Notes under the pieces: generated by a model
The model's database searches: none
The model's input: the letters and a program-made list of their open reading frames with translations, nothing else
Told to the model about the DNA's origin: nothing
DNA from: Antedon mediterranea
Lineage: Eukaryota; Animalia; Echinodermata
Length of the DNA stretch: 64,000 nt
Assembly: GCF_964355755.1 (NCBI RefSeq)
Contig: NC_092676.1
Coordinates: 15,766,871 to 15,830,870 of the forward strand
Direction of reading: 5' to 3'
Part shown: piece by piece, positions 35,769 to 49,795 of the stretch
Numbering within the stretch: the stretch's first letter is position 1
Layout of the letters: each line of letters starts with the position of its first letter
Made by a program: the position numbers and the translations under genes

Positions 35769-36817
35769 CTCGAATTAGGAGAAAGAACAAAAAATGTATT
35801 TACAAAAGTTAACTAAATTGAGAATTATAGAATTCATTGTGTTTTTAAGTATTACTAAATGTACTTTAACAATAACTATAATAATAATCATTATAATAAT
35901 AATAACCTTTATTTTCATTGCAAGCGGTTTCGATTTTTGCAAACAATTTTTGGTGCAAATGTTTGGTAATGGCTGAGAGATTGTTGAATGCATTCTTAGA
36001 GTCGTTCACCAAAACTAGTTTAGTTTTACCCACATGCACCTTATCACAGCTGTAGCATGGGATCTATATCTATTTTTACTTACACTGAATATTTTGTAAT
36101 TAGACAATCAATTGTGGAGTGTAGCTTTTTTTTTATTGAGAGCACAACACTATTTGTAGGGTATATACAGGACAGTTTTGTACTTTAGTTTCCTGATAGT
36201 ATTTGTTGTTGTTAATTAGTGTGTAATAAACAAACAATTAAATTGTTAATTAAAAAAACTTTTTTATATTACCGTTTTTTGTCTCCTCCTTTATTTAGTG
36301 ATTTTCCAATATCCTGAATTGTTTTGGCCATCAAGTACCATAGTTGTAAATTCAGGCATATCAAAAATGCAGCAAAATCAAGCTTGGTGTTCTTTTATCT
36401 CTCAGATCATAAATTTATAAAAAATAAACAATTATGCATTTATCATAGTTATGAATTTATTAATTGTGAAAAAAACTTTCTTTCTGAGGTGTTGCTGGCC
36501 AAAGAGTTTGTTCGGATCATCATCAAGTGGCTAACCTTAGCCTTGCATTGATTTTTGCCAAACATTCTACTTTTATTGAGGTACCAGTATTGAAAAAATG
36601 GAACACATTTGCCTCACAAATGGCACATTCTTTAGTTTTAGATTCGAAATTCTCTTCTTCTCTTTTACTAATAAATTACAATACTTGTACAGTATAAATT
36701 GTTGTTTTTTTTCCTGTGAATTCGTTCAATATGGATAAATATTCTGGCAACTAAGAAAACGCGTCCTTTTTTTTTAAAATGCTGCCCTCTCAATGTTGTG
36801 CGTGCTAAAAAATTAAA

Positions 36818-39800
36818 ATGGCTGACGGTGGTGTAGATATTGATTTGTATGCCGACGATGTTGATGAATTTAACCAGGTAATTCTTTCTTTCAAGTCACC
36901 TAGTACCTCCAACTTACTTTTTTATAATATTTCCATATAGTTCGCAATTAACAGCGCTTTTAAATACAAGCATATTCTGTAAAATTAGTGTTTATTGTTT
37001 GCCTGTGTCAGTGTTAGATGATTCGGTTGTTGCTGCACTCTTTTTGTGGAGAGTGAGAGTGAAGAAGAGAAACCACGCGGGCCGGTGTCTGATCATTTGT
37101 TTTCGGCCGCCGGTCAGTGCCTAAATTAATAAAATGTATAATTATCCGACTGCCCATTCATTACTCACATGCCTAGTCTATACCAGCCTAGATAGAATAA
37201 TTATTATAGCCTACAGGCCTAGCTAGGCTAGGCCTAGTACTAGTAGAGATGGAGAGGCCTCGAGACGAAGAGAAGTTGAGCCGCCGCCGCCAGAAAAACG
37301 TTATTTTCTATGAAACGCCAAATGCTAACTTTCGCCAGCGCTTGTTTCTTTTTACCGAGTTTCCTTAAGCAGTACAGCCTTGTATTTACTGTAACTTCTT
37401 AATGGTCAACATGTCCACCCATTTAAGCTTTAGTCAAACACTACTAGGCTAGGCTACTAGTAGGGATAACGATGCAAAATTAAAAGTTGTTATTTTTCAA
37501 CCAATTTAAACACTATATGTTAGTATTTTGTTTCAATATTCCAATAAAGAAAGAATTACGAAAATCTGACTTGTAGTTTTCGAAATATAAGGTCTAAAAC
37601 ATCTCCGAAAATGATCGTTTTTGGCCACGAACGTTGTAAACAAATTGCGCCCTCAGTCGACAATTGTATGAACCACACCGTTTTTCGCTAAAATAATTAC
37701 AAATAATTACGTTTTATAGTAATTTATTTTATATATCAACATTGGAAATATCAATAAAATATGTTATTAAATGTTTACAAAATATATAAAATTGTTTATT
37801 TAACGGAATTCGTACAAATTCATTGCTCTAAATTTGTGTAGTAACATCAGTACAGACAGACCATGTGACTTCGCGGTACACGCGAGAGAAAACATTCCGC
37901 TGTGGGTGATTCGCGTCCACCAATCAAATAGCCAGGATCCAAAATCATTCATCCGTGAGCTCTGCCGATCGCGGGAAATCTCAGCTTTGATTGGCTTACG
38001 ATGACATCATATCACAAAATGGTGGTTTTGTAGTTGAGCCTCACGTAATTTTCACAATTTTATTTTAAAAATGAAATAAATGGACCTTCTTTATGGTATG
38101 TGTGATTTTTCTCTAAAAGATTTAAATAATAAAGGCTTCATATAGAGAAAAAACCGTTTTTTTGGCACTTATAATAAATATTTCTCAGAGAAAAAAGCAC
38201 ATGGCATGTAGAACTATATTATCTTGGCGTAGGAAGACAAACAAATCCCAGGTCATGAGAGGCTCAACTACAAAAACAAGGTTGAATAGGGTTAGGTCAC
38301 TGGACCGTTCGAAGGTTTTTGAGTAAACAATCTACCGCGTATGGTCGTACGCGCTAGACAGTACGATATTTTAACCACATTTTGTACATGTTTGGTTGAA
38401 TGTAATGACGATAAAAAATAGTTGATCTTATGGAATGATATGTAAATAAATAAATACTCAAAAGAATTATGTTTACAGTTCAATTATTTTCAGAATAATA
38501 TTACATAAAAATGTGTTTACCAATGGACAGATAATCGCGTCAATGACATAGCGCGCATGGTAACGTACGCGGAGTTGAATCGTGGCAATAACAATGGAGT
38601 CAACTCTCGGTAACCCTACTACTAGGCCTAGTACTCCCAATACATATTAATATTGTTAACAATCTCTATTTCCTTTAATTAATGTATACTGTCAGATTAA
38701 TGTTTTCGAAAATCAATCCTTAATATTGCTTCAAGAAAATTGTTGCCACAATAATCGTTAAATCGAATAATCTCAATAAGGTACAGAGAATAATCGTTGT
38801 TATAAGTTCAACTAGGCTAGTACAGTACAGATAATTAATACTGCAACCTTTGGTTGGTACACTACGTTTCGTAGGTTTCGCGTGGCGTAATCTACGCAAG
38901 CTAACATGCTACGCGTAGATTACGAAGCGATAGCTAGGAGGGGAAATCCCAATGTTCAGATTATTGTGTACTGTGCTGCATGCACCAAACACGGAATTTG
39001 AATACTAGTTTTCATCAAATTTAAAATGTGAGTTAATTACTGTGAAGTAATAATAAATGTATTAATATTAGTATTAATTACTGTGTGTTGTGTTAAAATG
39101 GGACATTTATTTTTATGAAAGAAGAACAAGTGTACATCTACTGTACAGTATCGGCCAACGTACGCCAAGGACGGCGGTCGATGTCTGTTTGTGTGAAATG
39201 ACCTCCGACTAGGCCTAGCTAGCTAGCTAAAAAGGTAGGGTTACTGTACCTACCGACAGTTTAATTTTAAAACAAGTGGAACGCCTAGCTAGTACTTATA
39301 GGCCTAGTTAATAGTAGTACTGTATGATAATACATACTGTGTACAAGCGTTAAATACGATGTACATGGCGTGAAAATGTGAAATAATGTGGTATAGCCTA
39401 AGTAGTAACAGAAGGATATTTCCTCAATATGTCAGTTTTCGCCGTGTAGCTGCTGTTTACCCACGTGTGTGTATCGCGCAGTAGCTACTGTTTACCCACG
39501 TGTGTGTATCGCGCAGTACTGCTCTACTGTCTGAACTACAGTATGTTTGTTTACTAGGCTAATATAATGAACGATGTTTCGTTTTAAAATTGCGTTTAAA
39601 TGACATATTACGCTTATTTAGTACTATTGGATAATATGGACTGTTTAAATACTGTAAATGTCAAAATAATATAATACAAGTAGGTACGATATTTTTGTTC
39701 CAACAGAAATCGAGACGGATCACTCCATTCATAATTCATTCGCCCAGTTTGTTTATATCCACGTGTTTATGATCAGCGGATGGATACTCTCCCTGAAATG

Positions 39801-42800
39801 TACTTGTTATGTTTTGTTTAAAATGGACCTGAAATGGAATTTCGATTTTCAAGAAATTCACACATGTTATTTAAATGTATCAAATTAACACAAACCCATA
39901 CAAATAAAAACAAAATATATAGTATTTTGAGTAAAAACGAAATTTTAAGATACCATGGTAAATTAGCGAAAATTACTCACGCCATTGCAATATTCTATTT
40001 CAACGGCCGTCGGAAGCCTCTATATTCACGACGTCACATATACACACGATGATATCGAGAGCGTGTATGCCGCCTGATAGTCAGTGAATGATCGACGGCC
40101 TGGAAAGATACGCGAAGCGTTGACACTAATACTAATTTATTCAATATCTAATGTTGTTGAAATATAGGTCCCTAAAATGTACTTCGTTTGTTCTAAAACC
40201 CGAATTTAGAAGGCCTACCTCCCAAACCTTTACTAGCTAGGCCTAGCTAGGCCCCCAATCCAGTGCGCGGAGTCGATCCACCACCCACATCATGCGGCGA
40301 GGCTCCGTTTCATGTGCATCCAAGGACCAAAGCGATATCAACAACTTGCTGCGCTCATTGTCAAGCCAAAGTAAAATATGAATAAAATTCGTTTTCGAAC
40401 TGCCTGATTCGACAAATAAATTATCATCTCATATTACTAATTTAATTCTGCTAAACTAAAAACTAAAGAAACTATCACATTTTAGCAGTATAAATTACGA
40501 ACGATACAAAATACACGAACGGAAAATATGGATACGCATCATTGCGCACGGAGCTGTATCCCGGACAACGTTGCCAGGCCAACTTCGGTATTGCCAGAAA
40601 AAACCCGTTGATTTTAAGATTTTAAATCGTTATTTACTCGATCAATAACCGTTTATACGATAATAATTTTATCTAAAAAAATTCTAAATACGTTTCTGCA
40701 AATGCACAAGCATTTTTTAGAAAATACTCCATAGATTTCAAAACTGCAAATTGTCCATTGGAGGGATAGGAATATATTCGCAAAGTGACGTCACCCGCAA
40801 ATTTTTTTGATTTTCAAATGGGGCTTTCCCCAAAAGGGCCAATTTATATTTTGTAACAATATACATTCTAGCAACACCTAATAGCCCCCAAAACATCATT
40901 CTAAAAAGAAAAAAATCAAAAATCCATTTCAGGTTCATTTTAACCTTCGATTTAGTGAAGTTGAACTTTTAAATAAAGTTTTGCATATTTTAAAATTTCA
41001 ATTATAATTTATTTTTATTTATAACTAAAATAACATTTACTATCTAATTTATTATCTCGCATGACTAAAAAACAAAACAACAAGATCCAGGGGTGAGGGA
41101 ATTTCAATTTCTTTCACTTGTCCCAGGACAAGTACCTGCACGGAATTCACTTGTCCGAGAAAAAATTTACTTGTCCCTCTTTATTGCGCAATATGCAAAA
41201 AATTACACGAGTGTCGACAAATGTCACGCAAGTGTTTATTGTCTATTTAAAATTCAGCAGTTTATAGGCCTAGCCTAGACTTTTTTAGCCGGCTCAATAT
41301 TTTGATAAAAATAACGGTCATTTTTAAGTTTTATTTTATTAACACAACAGTGTCTAGAGTACTGTAGGTCTAATTAATAAATAGTAGTTAGTAAATAAAA
41401 AATAAAAGAATTGAATTACCAAAAAAAACTGTGGTGTCTAGTCATACTTGGGAACTGATCATTGTAAAATTCAATTTAATAATTAAAGTATTAGTAAATA
41501 AAAAGTTATATTTATTTTTTATCGCAAATTGTGTGAGCGATGAATAATGTGAAGGGTTTGGGAGCAATAACGCCACCACCAATATATAACGTTTGTATTA
41601 TACGGTGACGCTATTGCTCCTAAACCCTTCCCATTATGCATTGTGCAATGACGTTTCTCGCGAAATTAAGGTATTGGCGATATGTCAATACTTTATTAGT
41701 CCTGGGCTGGGAGACAACGTGACTTCACGTGGTACAATAAATAAAAAATATTATGGAGTGCACCAAATTTTTAACTTAAAGATTAAAAACAATTAAATTA
41801 TTAAATATTACGTTAAACTCCTTTCCTTTGTTGTGTTGTTATGGCGGCCCAAACCGACAAAATTGTAGTATGTAATTATTTATTTTATAACACAATAAAC
41901 CTAAAGACCATGAACTTATGTACTACATACACGTACAGTACTGTTAATCACTACACGCAATGTCATAAAAGACGAAGTGTTTCATAGAAATTACCGGCAG
42001 CTCAACTTGTCAGTGGCCCAACCGATCATATGCCATTTTATCGCTGGTTCTTGTTCAAATAGAAGTTCTACAGTATATTCATTAGGGATAGCAATGTATA
42101 TTCAAAAGTTTATTTCACGGTTTTTAGGGGTATATATTATTAAATATTACAATTTAAAGAAATTATGAAATCTGATTTGTAGTTTCCGAAATATATTGTC
42201 TAATAAAACATCGCCGAAAATGGGTATTCTGCAAACGCCGTAAATCCATAGCAAACCCCATTGAACCAACATAAAAGTCAGTGAATCGTGTAGTGTACAA
42301 TATACCTAATATGTCAAAAATTTCGTTTTTGTTTACTTATTTTTGGGATAAAACATCATTTTTTGGTTAAAAAGTAATTGCTAATTGCTTACTTGTTTTT
42401 GGAAAGAAAAATATAACAAGATTTACTACTAAAGCATCTTAACATGTACTTGAGATCATTTTATATCGTAAAACCCTACGTACCAGACGATACCAGGCAT
42501 ACCGGTGAAGATTAGCATGACCGCCTGGTTTCTGCACAGTACTTTCTTTCAGAATTTCGCTAGTTCCTAGGCTAGATCCCAACAACATTATTCATTAATT
42601 TCACCAAGATAATGATTTTTTATCATGGATTTTTTATTAATTTCAGGAGGGTGATTATAACTCTGCCTCAGTAGATTTATATGATGATGTGATAACAACA
42701 CCAGCAAATAACACACAGCAGCCACCTCGTGTAAGTAGTGGATGCTATGCATTGTTTGTAACTCATTGTCTGCAGCTAAGCACAATATTGTTTGGTTTGT

Positions 42801-45800
42801 TATTGTTGTTTGTACTACACAGTACTAAAAAAAGTTCAGTAGGTACAGTAGTAAAATATTTTAAATGTATTTTTGTTATTTCAATTGAATTTCATTTGAC
42901 AGATACTTTGCCAGTCAAATTGTATTTATCCTTTCAATTGTGGATAATTAATTTGATGTTAATAGTATTTAATTAATAAATCGTTTGCGTAAGGTTTATA
43001 ATGCCGTCTAGCACATACATTACAGAGCATCTTTAACAAACCTTCCAGCCTTTTCTTTACAATGTTGACATCTCTGGGACTTTAACACCCTTTTTGCACA
43101 ACCAGGTTTGCACAGTGTGAAGACAATTTTTTAGAAATTATATATTGGAACCTGTGAAATCTTAGGAGAAAAACACCAACTGGCCTGTTTTGGTTTCGAG
43201 TTGTACAGTACAGAAAGAATATACTGCAACTTTACCTACAAAGTAGCTTCGTAGATGCTTCATACTTTAGATGCTTCGTAGATAGGCTATACTGTAGGCT
43301 AAGTTTTTGGCTTCATAAACCTCAATAAACAACTTTCAATGAGCTACTGTATGTTCTTAACTTTGTAACCATGTCTGATTTTATTATATGTTTGAAACTT
43401 AAATTTTGTTAATACTAATAATCTAATTGTTTACTTTCTTATCTAGCGTGTGTCATCGAGTGGTGATGCAGGACCTCAAAAAACACAGACCATACAAGGA
43501 ACAACTAATCATAACTATGCCAAGAAAAGTTCATTGTACATTGGCAATTTGACCTGGGTAAGTTTTCAAGATACCCCTCAACCTAAGAACACCTGAACAT
43601 CTGAACAAGCACATGCACCAAACGACACTGCATTGTAATTGTCCAAATTACTTTAGTTGCATTTACATCCTTGCATTGTAACCTATTAAGGACCAAGTTT
43701 AAGCGTTTTAAAAGTAAATAGTGAATGAGGCAACATGGTGTTTGGGCGGTTGTCATGGTTTTGTATGACAGCAATTTGAGACAGCCATTTTGATTGTAAT
43801 TGTATTACAGTTAACTCTCAAAATACCGGTAAGTCTCCAAAAACCCCATTTTTTTATGGTTCAAAAGGACGGTCCCAAATGCATTGTTACCATTAAAAAT
43901 ACATTCTGAATACCAGACTTTCCAGAAAACCAGATATATTTTGCCAGTCCAAGATGTCTGGTATTGAGAAAGTTGACCTTACAGTATACAATGTTTTCTC
44001 TTGTTTATAACAGTGGACTACAGATGCAGACCTAAGTAATGCTATCTCTGAACTTGGTGTTAATGATTTGATTGAGATTAAGTTTCATGAAAACCGTGCT
44101 AACGGTCAGTCTAAAGGATTTGCAACTGTGCATGTTGGATCAGATGGTTCTTATAGGGTCATAATGAATGGTTTACCAAAAAAGTAAGTTAACATTATTT
44201 AATTTCTGTGATAAAGGTTTCATACCGGTACAAGTATATAGTATTTATTTTAAAAGTGCAAAAAGTTATTTACATTCAGGGAATCAAATGTTTTCAAAAA
44301 GCAATTAAGTGCTATTTTCATTTCCATTGTGTGTCTGCTGAGCTTTTTGATTTTCATGAACTCATGATAACTCATTTCCTAAGCTCTGAATGGTTGCAAA
44401 TTTGTTTTCGCAAAACATGAATATGCATTATAAGCTGATGTTTTTCATTCACGCAATACAGTAGACTAAAATTGTATTTGTAGCGATAATTAGCAAAAAA
44501 ATGTATTTTTACAGAGAATTACATGGACAGCAGCCAGTTGTTACACCATGTAATCGACAGAGCTTGACTCAGTTTGAGGCAGCATCTAGGAAAGGCGAGG
44601 CCAGAGCTCGTGAGTACAATTATCTTTAAGTGTAGTCTTCAGATTAAAGTTTAATTACCAATGGGGAAAAAATGTCACTGAACATGTTCTCAAATTTGAT
44701 AGTTGACGTGCCAGTCGACTTTGCCATCAGTTGATAACAGTGGACATGCACATCGAAATGTCTGTAATAATTTGGGAAATGCATCAACACAAATATATTA
44801 CAAATCGAGATTCATGGAATAATATTTCTTGCTTACTTTATTATAATTTGATGTGCAAGTATTAATTTGTAAAATTGTATGAATAGCTAATGATAGAGAG
44901 GGACCTCCACCTCGTCATGGACCACCTAATCATCGTCAACATGGTCCACCACAACATCACAATGATGGTGGTGGGATGCGTTTCCCATCACCTCAACGTG
45001 GACCCTCGCCACAAGGACCTCCACAAGGACCAGGAAATGGACCACCACCACGGGAAAATTTCCCACCTGGTAAATACCTATTTTATTTTATGTAATTCAG
45101 GTAATATCTTCAATCAACAACATCATAAACTCGACTCTCCATGCTATATGGATGTTCCAATTTGTCTTAGACTTTGTTCAATATTGAGAAAATTTGACCG
45201 ACCAATGGACAGACAGATACACATTTTGACTGAAGAAAACCAGTTCACTTTCATGTAAAGTCAACAATTTTAACTCCGACGTGAAACGGTTAAAAAATTG
45301 AAGTCAGGCAATGCATCAAAGTCAAAGATTAAGTCTTTCTAGAATTTATCCACAAAAATCCATGAATAGCAAAATTCTATTTATACCAACAATTTAAATT
45401 GTTACTGTTAATTACGGTTTTGATTTGGTTTGATGTTTTTAGTGGTTATTTCAGATTATTTATATTGACTTTCACAAATAACCGAAAACAAATTGTTACT
45501 GTGATTGCACATTATTTTTCTCCATATAGCTCGGGGACCACCTAGAGGTCCTCCACCTGGTATGCCACAAAGACCCATGGGGGTAAGTATCATGTTATTA
45601 TTCATGATAAATTTCATTGAAGGTTTTTCTATTTAATGACCACATTTTAAAGGAAAAATTTACATTGTACAAATAATTAATATTAATAAATGTTAAATTA
45701 ATGGAACCTGCAAAACAAATGAAAATATAACATTCAACAAATTCCAACATTTTTTGTTTATAACATACCTAATTTACGTTTACAGTATTTATTATATTAC

Positions 45801-48800
45801 ATCAAAATCTCCTAATTATGCAGGCTGATCTTTGAATATCACCTTTTAGTTCAATGAAATGAAATTACCAATGCCGTATGATATAAATTCAACCAATCAA
45901 ATGATAGGCATGGTGTATATTGCTAATTCATTAGATTTTTTAATATTTTGAACAGCATTACAGGTTATGGTTTCAAGATATATTGTCCCCCTGAAAAAAC
46001 AATTTGATGAATATGCCATTTTAATGTCACATAATAGTTTGACCAAAATTTGGTTGAAAAAAAATATTTACCTGAAAATATAGTCAAATTGACTGGAAGT
46101 CAATGGGCTTAACTGTTTATTTTGTCTTTTTACGGGTGAAAACTGTTTTTTTCCTGTAAGTGATTAACCATTCAATATTTTTTATTAATCTTAATTTTTT
46201 TTGGGACAATACATCTTTAATAAGATCATGTTTATTATTTAGCCTCCTGGGCCAATGAGAGGACCACCACCTCCACGTGGACCACCACATGATCAGCGAG
46301 GACCACCTCAAAGGTCGCCAGGTAAGATACTAGATACACCTCATAGTACGTGTTTGAAAGAGTAAATTTTACCCTCAACTTTAATTGAATGTCAATAGTA
46401 AATAATCAATCTGGTTTTATTTTTCAGGACCATTTGGTGGACCACCTCCACATGGCGGACCACCTCATGGCGGTTCCCCTCATGGTGGACCACCACCCCA
46501 TGGACATCATCATGGTGGTCCCCCTCATGGTGGACCCCCTCATGGTGGACCCCCTCATGGGGGACCTCATCATGGTGGACCTCCCCATGGTGGACCTCCC
46601 CACGGTGGACCTCCCCACGGTGGACCTCCTCATGGTGGACCTCCTCACGGTGGACCTCCTCATGGTGGACCTCCTCACGGTGGACCTCCACACGGTGGAC
46701 CTCATCACGGTGGACCTCCTCACGGTGGACCTCCTCATGGTGGACCTCCTCACGGTGGACCTCCTCATGGTATGCCGCCACATAGTGGTCCTCCCCCTGG
46801 TGGACCACCACATCCAGGACCAGGTGGCCCTCCACGTGGACCTCCTATGCCAGGGATGCCTCCTCCAGGACCTGGTGGACCCCCTCCTCAGAGAGGCCCT
46901 CCCCAACAATATGGACCACCAGCTATGGGTGGGCCACCGCCGCATCATCCTGGGCCTCCACCTCCTCATCCTGGTCCACCACCCCATCATTCTGGTCCTC
47001 CGCCACCACATCATCATTCAGGTCCACCTCCTCCTCACCAAGGACCACCACAACCACAGTATCAACAGCCACATCCTCAAGGACCTCCGCCAACACATCA
47101 AGGACCGCCACAAGGACCTCCTCCTCATTCTGGGCCTCCACCACATCCAGGACCACCACCTGTTCATCCAGGACCTCCTCCTCCAGCACCTCATGTCAAC
47201 CCAGCATTTTTTCATGGGAATCAAGGCCCTCCTCCTCCTACTTCACAAGCCAACTACACTCCAGATCAGTATAAAACATCAGACAGGTTCCCTCCACCAG
47301 CACAGCCAAGATATCCAGATGACCAGTACAAGACACCAGAACGGTATGTCTTCTTATTAATCTATTTAAATATTAAATTTCTATTCTGAAATATTTATTA
47401 TTATAGCCCTATACAGTTTGTGTAACCATGTGTTCTTTACAGCCTCAATATAAATCATTTACTTCTTCTATATTGGTTTTGTAAAAAAAACACAAATGAA
47501 TTGAAGTGACAAATATCGGTATTATTCTTGTTTAATATTCTCAGACGAGAGAATCCAGCACCTGTAGAAACGCCAGCTCTCAGTGAAACAGAGTTTGAAG
47601 AAATCATGTCTCGTAATCGAACAGTTTCCAGTAGTGCCATCTCAAGGGCAGTCATGGATGCTAGTTCAGGTAAGAAAAAGTACCTATTAAAACTAAAATA
47701 GTCTGATTTCAATCATGCATCCAAATCGTTTTTTCCATGTCTGTCCTGTATTGACCTGTAAACTTAATTTGTGTGTAGCTTTCCCTCGCCCACTTTTTTC
47801 TTACTAGTTTTCATTACTGTAATGTGTCATTACTTGTATCGCACTTGCTTTGTTTGTTTGTTAGCACGATAACGCCCACAATTTCTAAGTTATCATCCTG
47901 AATGTTTGTATGTACTTGCAGAACATGCCTATTGATTAAAATCTTACCTGTATCTTCCATATCCGATATTAAATAGAACGTCTGTATTCTTTTAACATGG
48001 ATCGAAATATCAAGTAGTGAGCCCTCTCTCTCCAAATATAATTTTTCCCTGCAATGTAATATTCAGTACTTCACTCAGTTTCTGAGTGCTTTCATCTGTA
48101 TGATTTTTTTTGCTTGATTAAACAGACATGTGCAATTTGATCAGATTGGATTGTTTTAATATTCCTCCAATTGAAATTCTTTTGTTTTACTGAATTAATC
48201 TGTTTATTTCCTTAAGAATGATAATTAAGTTACTTCTAACTGTATATGGTTTTCTGTTCTTAGGGGAATATGCATCTGCTATCGAAACATTGGTCACCGC
48301 AATCTCCTTGATCAAACAATCTAAAGTGGCATCTGATGATCGCTGTAAAGTAATCATCAGTTCACTACAGGATTGTCTTAGAGGCATAGAAGATAAATCC
48401 TATGGTAGTGCTGTGTAAGTATTTGCAAAATTCATCCTCCAATCCAATTGGGTGTACATGTTATGTTGATATTTAATGTACATTTTATTTATGATGGCCC
48501 TCCCATGAATTCAAAGTTAAAATGAAGTGTATTTTCCTTGGAATAGTACTACTACAAGCAGTAGCAGTAGTAAGAGAAATCGTGACAGAAGTTCCAGAGA
48601 TCGTGAAGAGCGCCATCGCTCTAGGGAATCGAAGAGCAGTCGCCACAAAGAAAGGCGTGAGAGATCACGCAGCCGAGGTAGTAGGGAACGTGAGTACCGT
48701 GAAAGAAGCCGGGATCGTGAATATCGTGACCGTGACAGAGGTGAACGTGAAAGCCGAAGCGATCGAGAACGTGACAGAGATCGTGAATATAGGCGCCGTT

Positions 48801-48802
48801 AA
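36818..48802 (+). CDS. CPSF6: Cleavage and polyadenylation specificity factor subunit 6/7 (CFIm68/59), 12 coding exons, 760 aa
   Basis: Exons 36818-36877, 42647-42730, 43447-43557, 44014-44183, 44515-44609, 44887-45069, 45530-45582, 46243-46321, 46428-47343, 47545-47669, 48264-48414, 48547-48802 (2283 nt, in frame). Motifs: N-terminal [14 protein letters not shown] and DLYDDVI; [29 protein letters not shown]; Pro-rich region with [10 protein letters not shown]; [38 protein letters not shown]; RS/RE-rich C-terminus. Confidence 0.95.
37461..38618. mobile_element. Non-autonomous DNA transposon in CPSF6 intron 1
   Basis: Ends tagggataacga...tcggtaacccta form imperfect TIRs, flanked by the direct repeat ctactag. 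The left part is homologous to 42083-42230. Confidence 0.6.
42083..42478. mobile_element. Shorter relative of the 37461 element
   Basis: tagggatagcaatg..aaatctgatttgtagtttccgaaatat..catcgccgaaaatg resembles 37461-37612; the element ends in aaacccta. Confidence 0.55.
43806..43985. mobile_element. Degenerate pogo/Tigger-like MITE
   Basis: tacagttaactctcaaaatacc ... ggtattgagaaagttgac imperfect TIRs. Confidence 0.45.
46436..46771 (+). repeat. Coding 15-bp minisatellite encoding (GGPPH)n
   Basis: ggtggacctcctca(c/t) units: about 17 consecutive GGP(P/H)H pentapeptides plus 4 variants, in CPSF6 exon 9. Confidence 0.95.
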
Positions 48803-49614
48803 TTTCTTAAGTATTGAGGTGAGTGAACTTTTCTTTTCTCTATTTATTCTTCTGTGGATAATGGTAAGTATTAAAAAGGTAGGTGCATTTTATATTTTTT
48901 TAAATAATGTTTTTGTAATTTAATATTATTTATTATAAGGTCAAAATAACGAATTAGGTATTTATGATTATCAAGTTGTAGCAGGAGTTTAGTTAACAAG
49001 TAATGGGTAACTTTCATCGGCTAGCCTGCCTGTTTTATTTATAATAATTGTTGTTGCTCATTAATGCGTTAAAAAAACAATTTCGAGCAAGGTTTGATGA
49101 AATCTCAATATGTATAAGTTTTATTTTTTATTTAAAAAAGTCCTTACTACCACGACCATCAATATTATTTATTTTATTTATTAACATGATAATCAACATT
49201 TTTACTATTGTTTGTTTTACCTTTAAAAGGAAATAGTGTTTATGCTTTAAATGAAAAGTTTTGGAGATCATTTTTTGCATTGAATGTAATTGTGTTTATA
49301 AACTAAAAAAGGGTATTTTAGAAATTTGACATATTGTTTGTACCATTACGTAATTTGTTTTTTGTTATAGTGTAGTTTAACAGTTATTTACAGTTAATCT
49401 ATTATGAAGTACAAGTTACTTACTTCAACGGCCTATGTTCTCATCATCTGACTGTAATTTGGCAATTAATTCTGGCAAAAAGTATTATTATATAACTTGA
49501 CAAGATAAGAAAGACATTTACTTACATTTTTTAAATGTATATGTACTGTATTTGATTGAATCTTTCACATAAATGATAGGTTAATATTCCTTAATGTTCA
49601 GTTTATTGTACAAG

Positions 49615-49795
49615 TGAAGTTAGGTTTGCGGTACACCATGTGTTTCCAAAAAGAAACAAAATATGGTTGAGAATGTGTCAACGTTTCGGTTGTTATGCTA
49701 CAACCATCTACTGGAGAAATAATGAAACACCAGACATTCTCAACCATGCTTTATTTCCTTTTTGAAACACGTCGTCTACCATAAACCTAACTTCA
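49615..49795. repeat. Long imperfect inverted repeat with a Penelope-like, degenerate hammerhead motif in the spacer
   Basis: About 60-bp arms tgaagttaggttt..tggttgagaatgt / acattctcaacca..aaacctaacttca. The minus-strand spacer reads cagtagatGGTTGTagcataACAACCgaaacgtt. Confidence 0.6.

Noticed and set aside
46389-47360. Long alternative-frame and antisense ORFs (323, 197 and 147 aa)
   Set aside because: They are by-products of the stop-poor GGPPH/Pro-rich coding repeat of CPSF6; the spliced frame is the Pro-Gly one.
48522-48923. 133-aa alternative-frame ORF over the last CPSF6 exon
   Set aside because: It is a shadow frame of the RS/RE-rich exon; the splice phase selects the Arg-rich frame.
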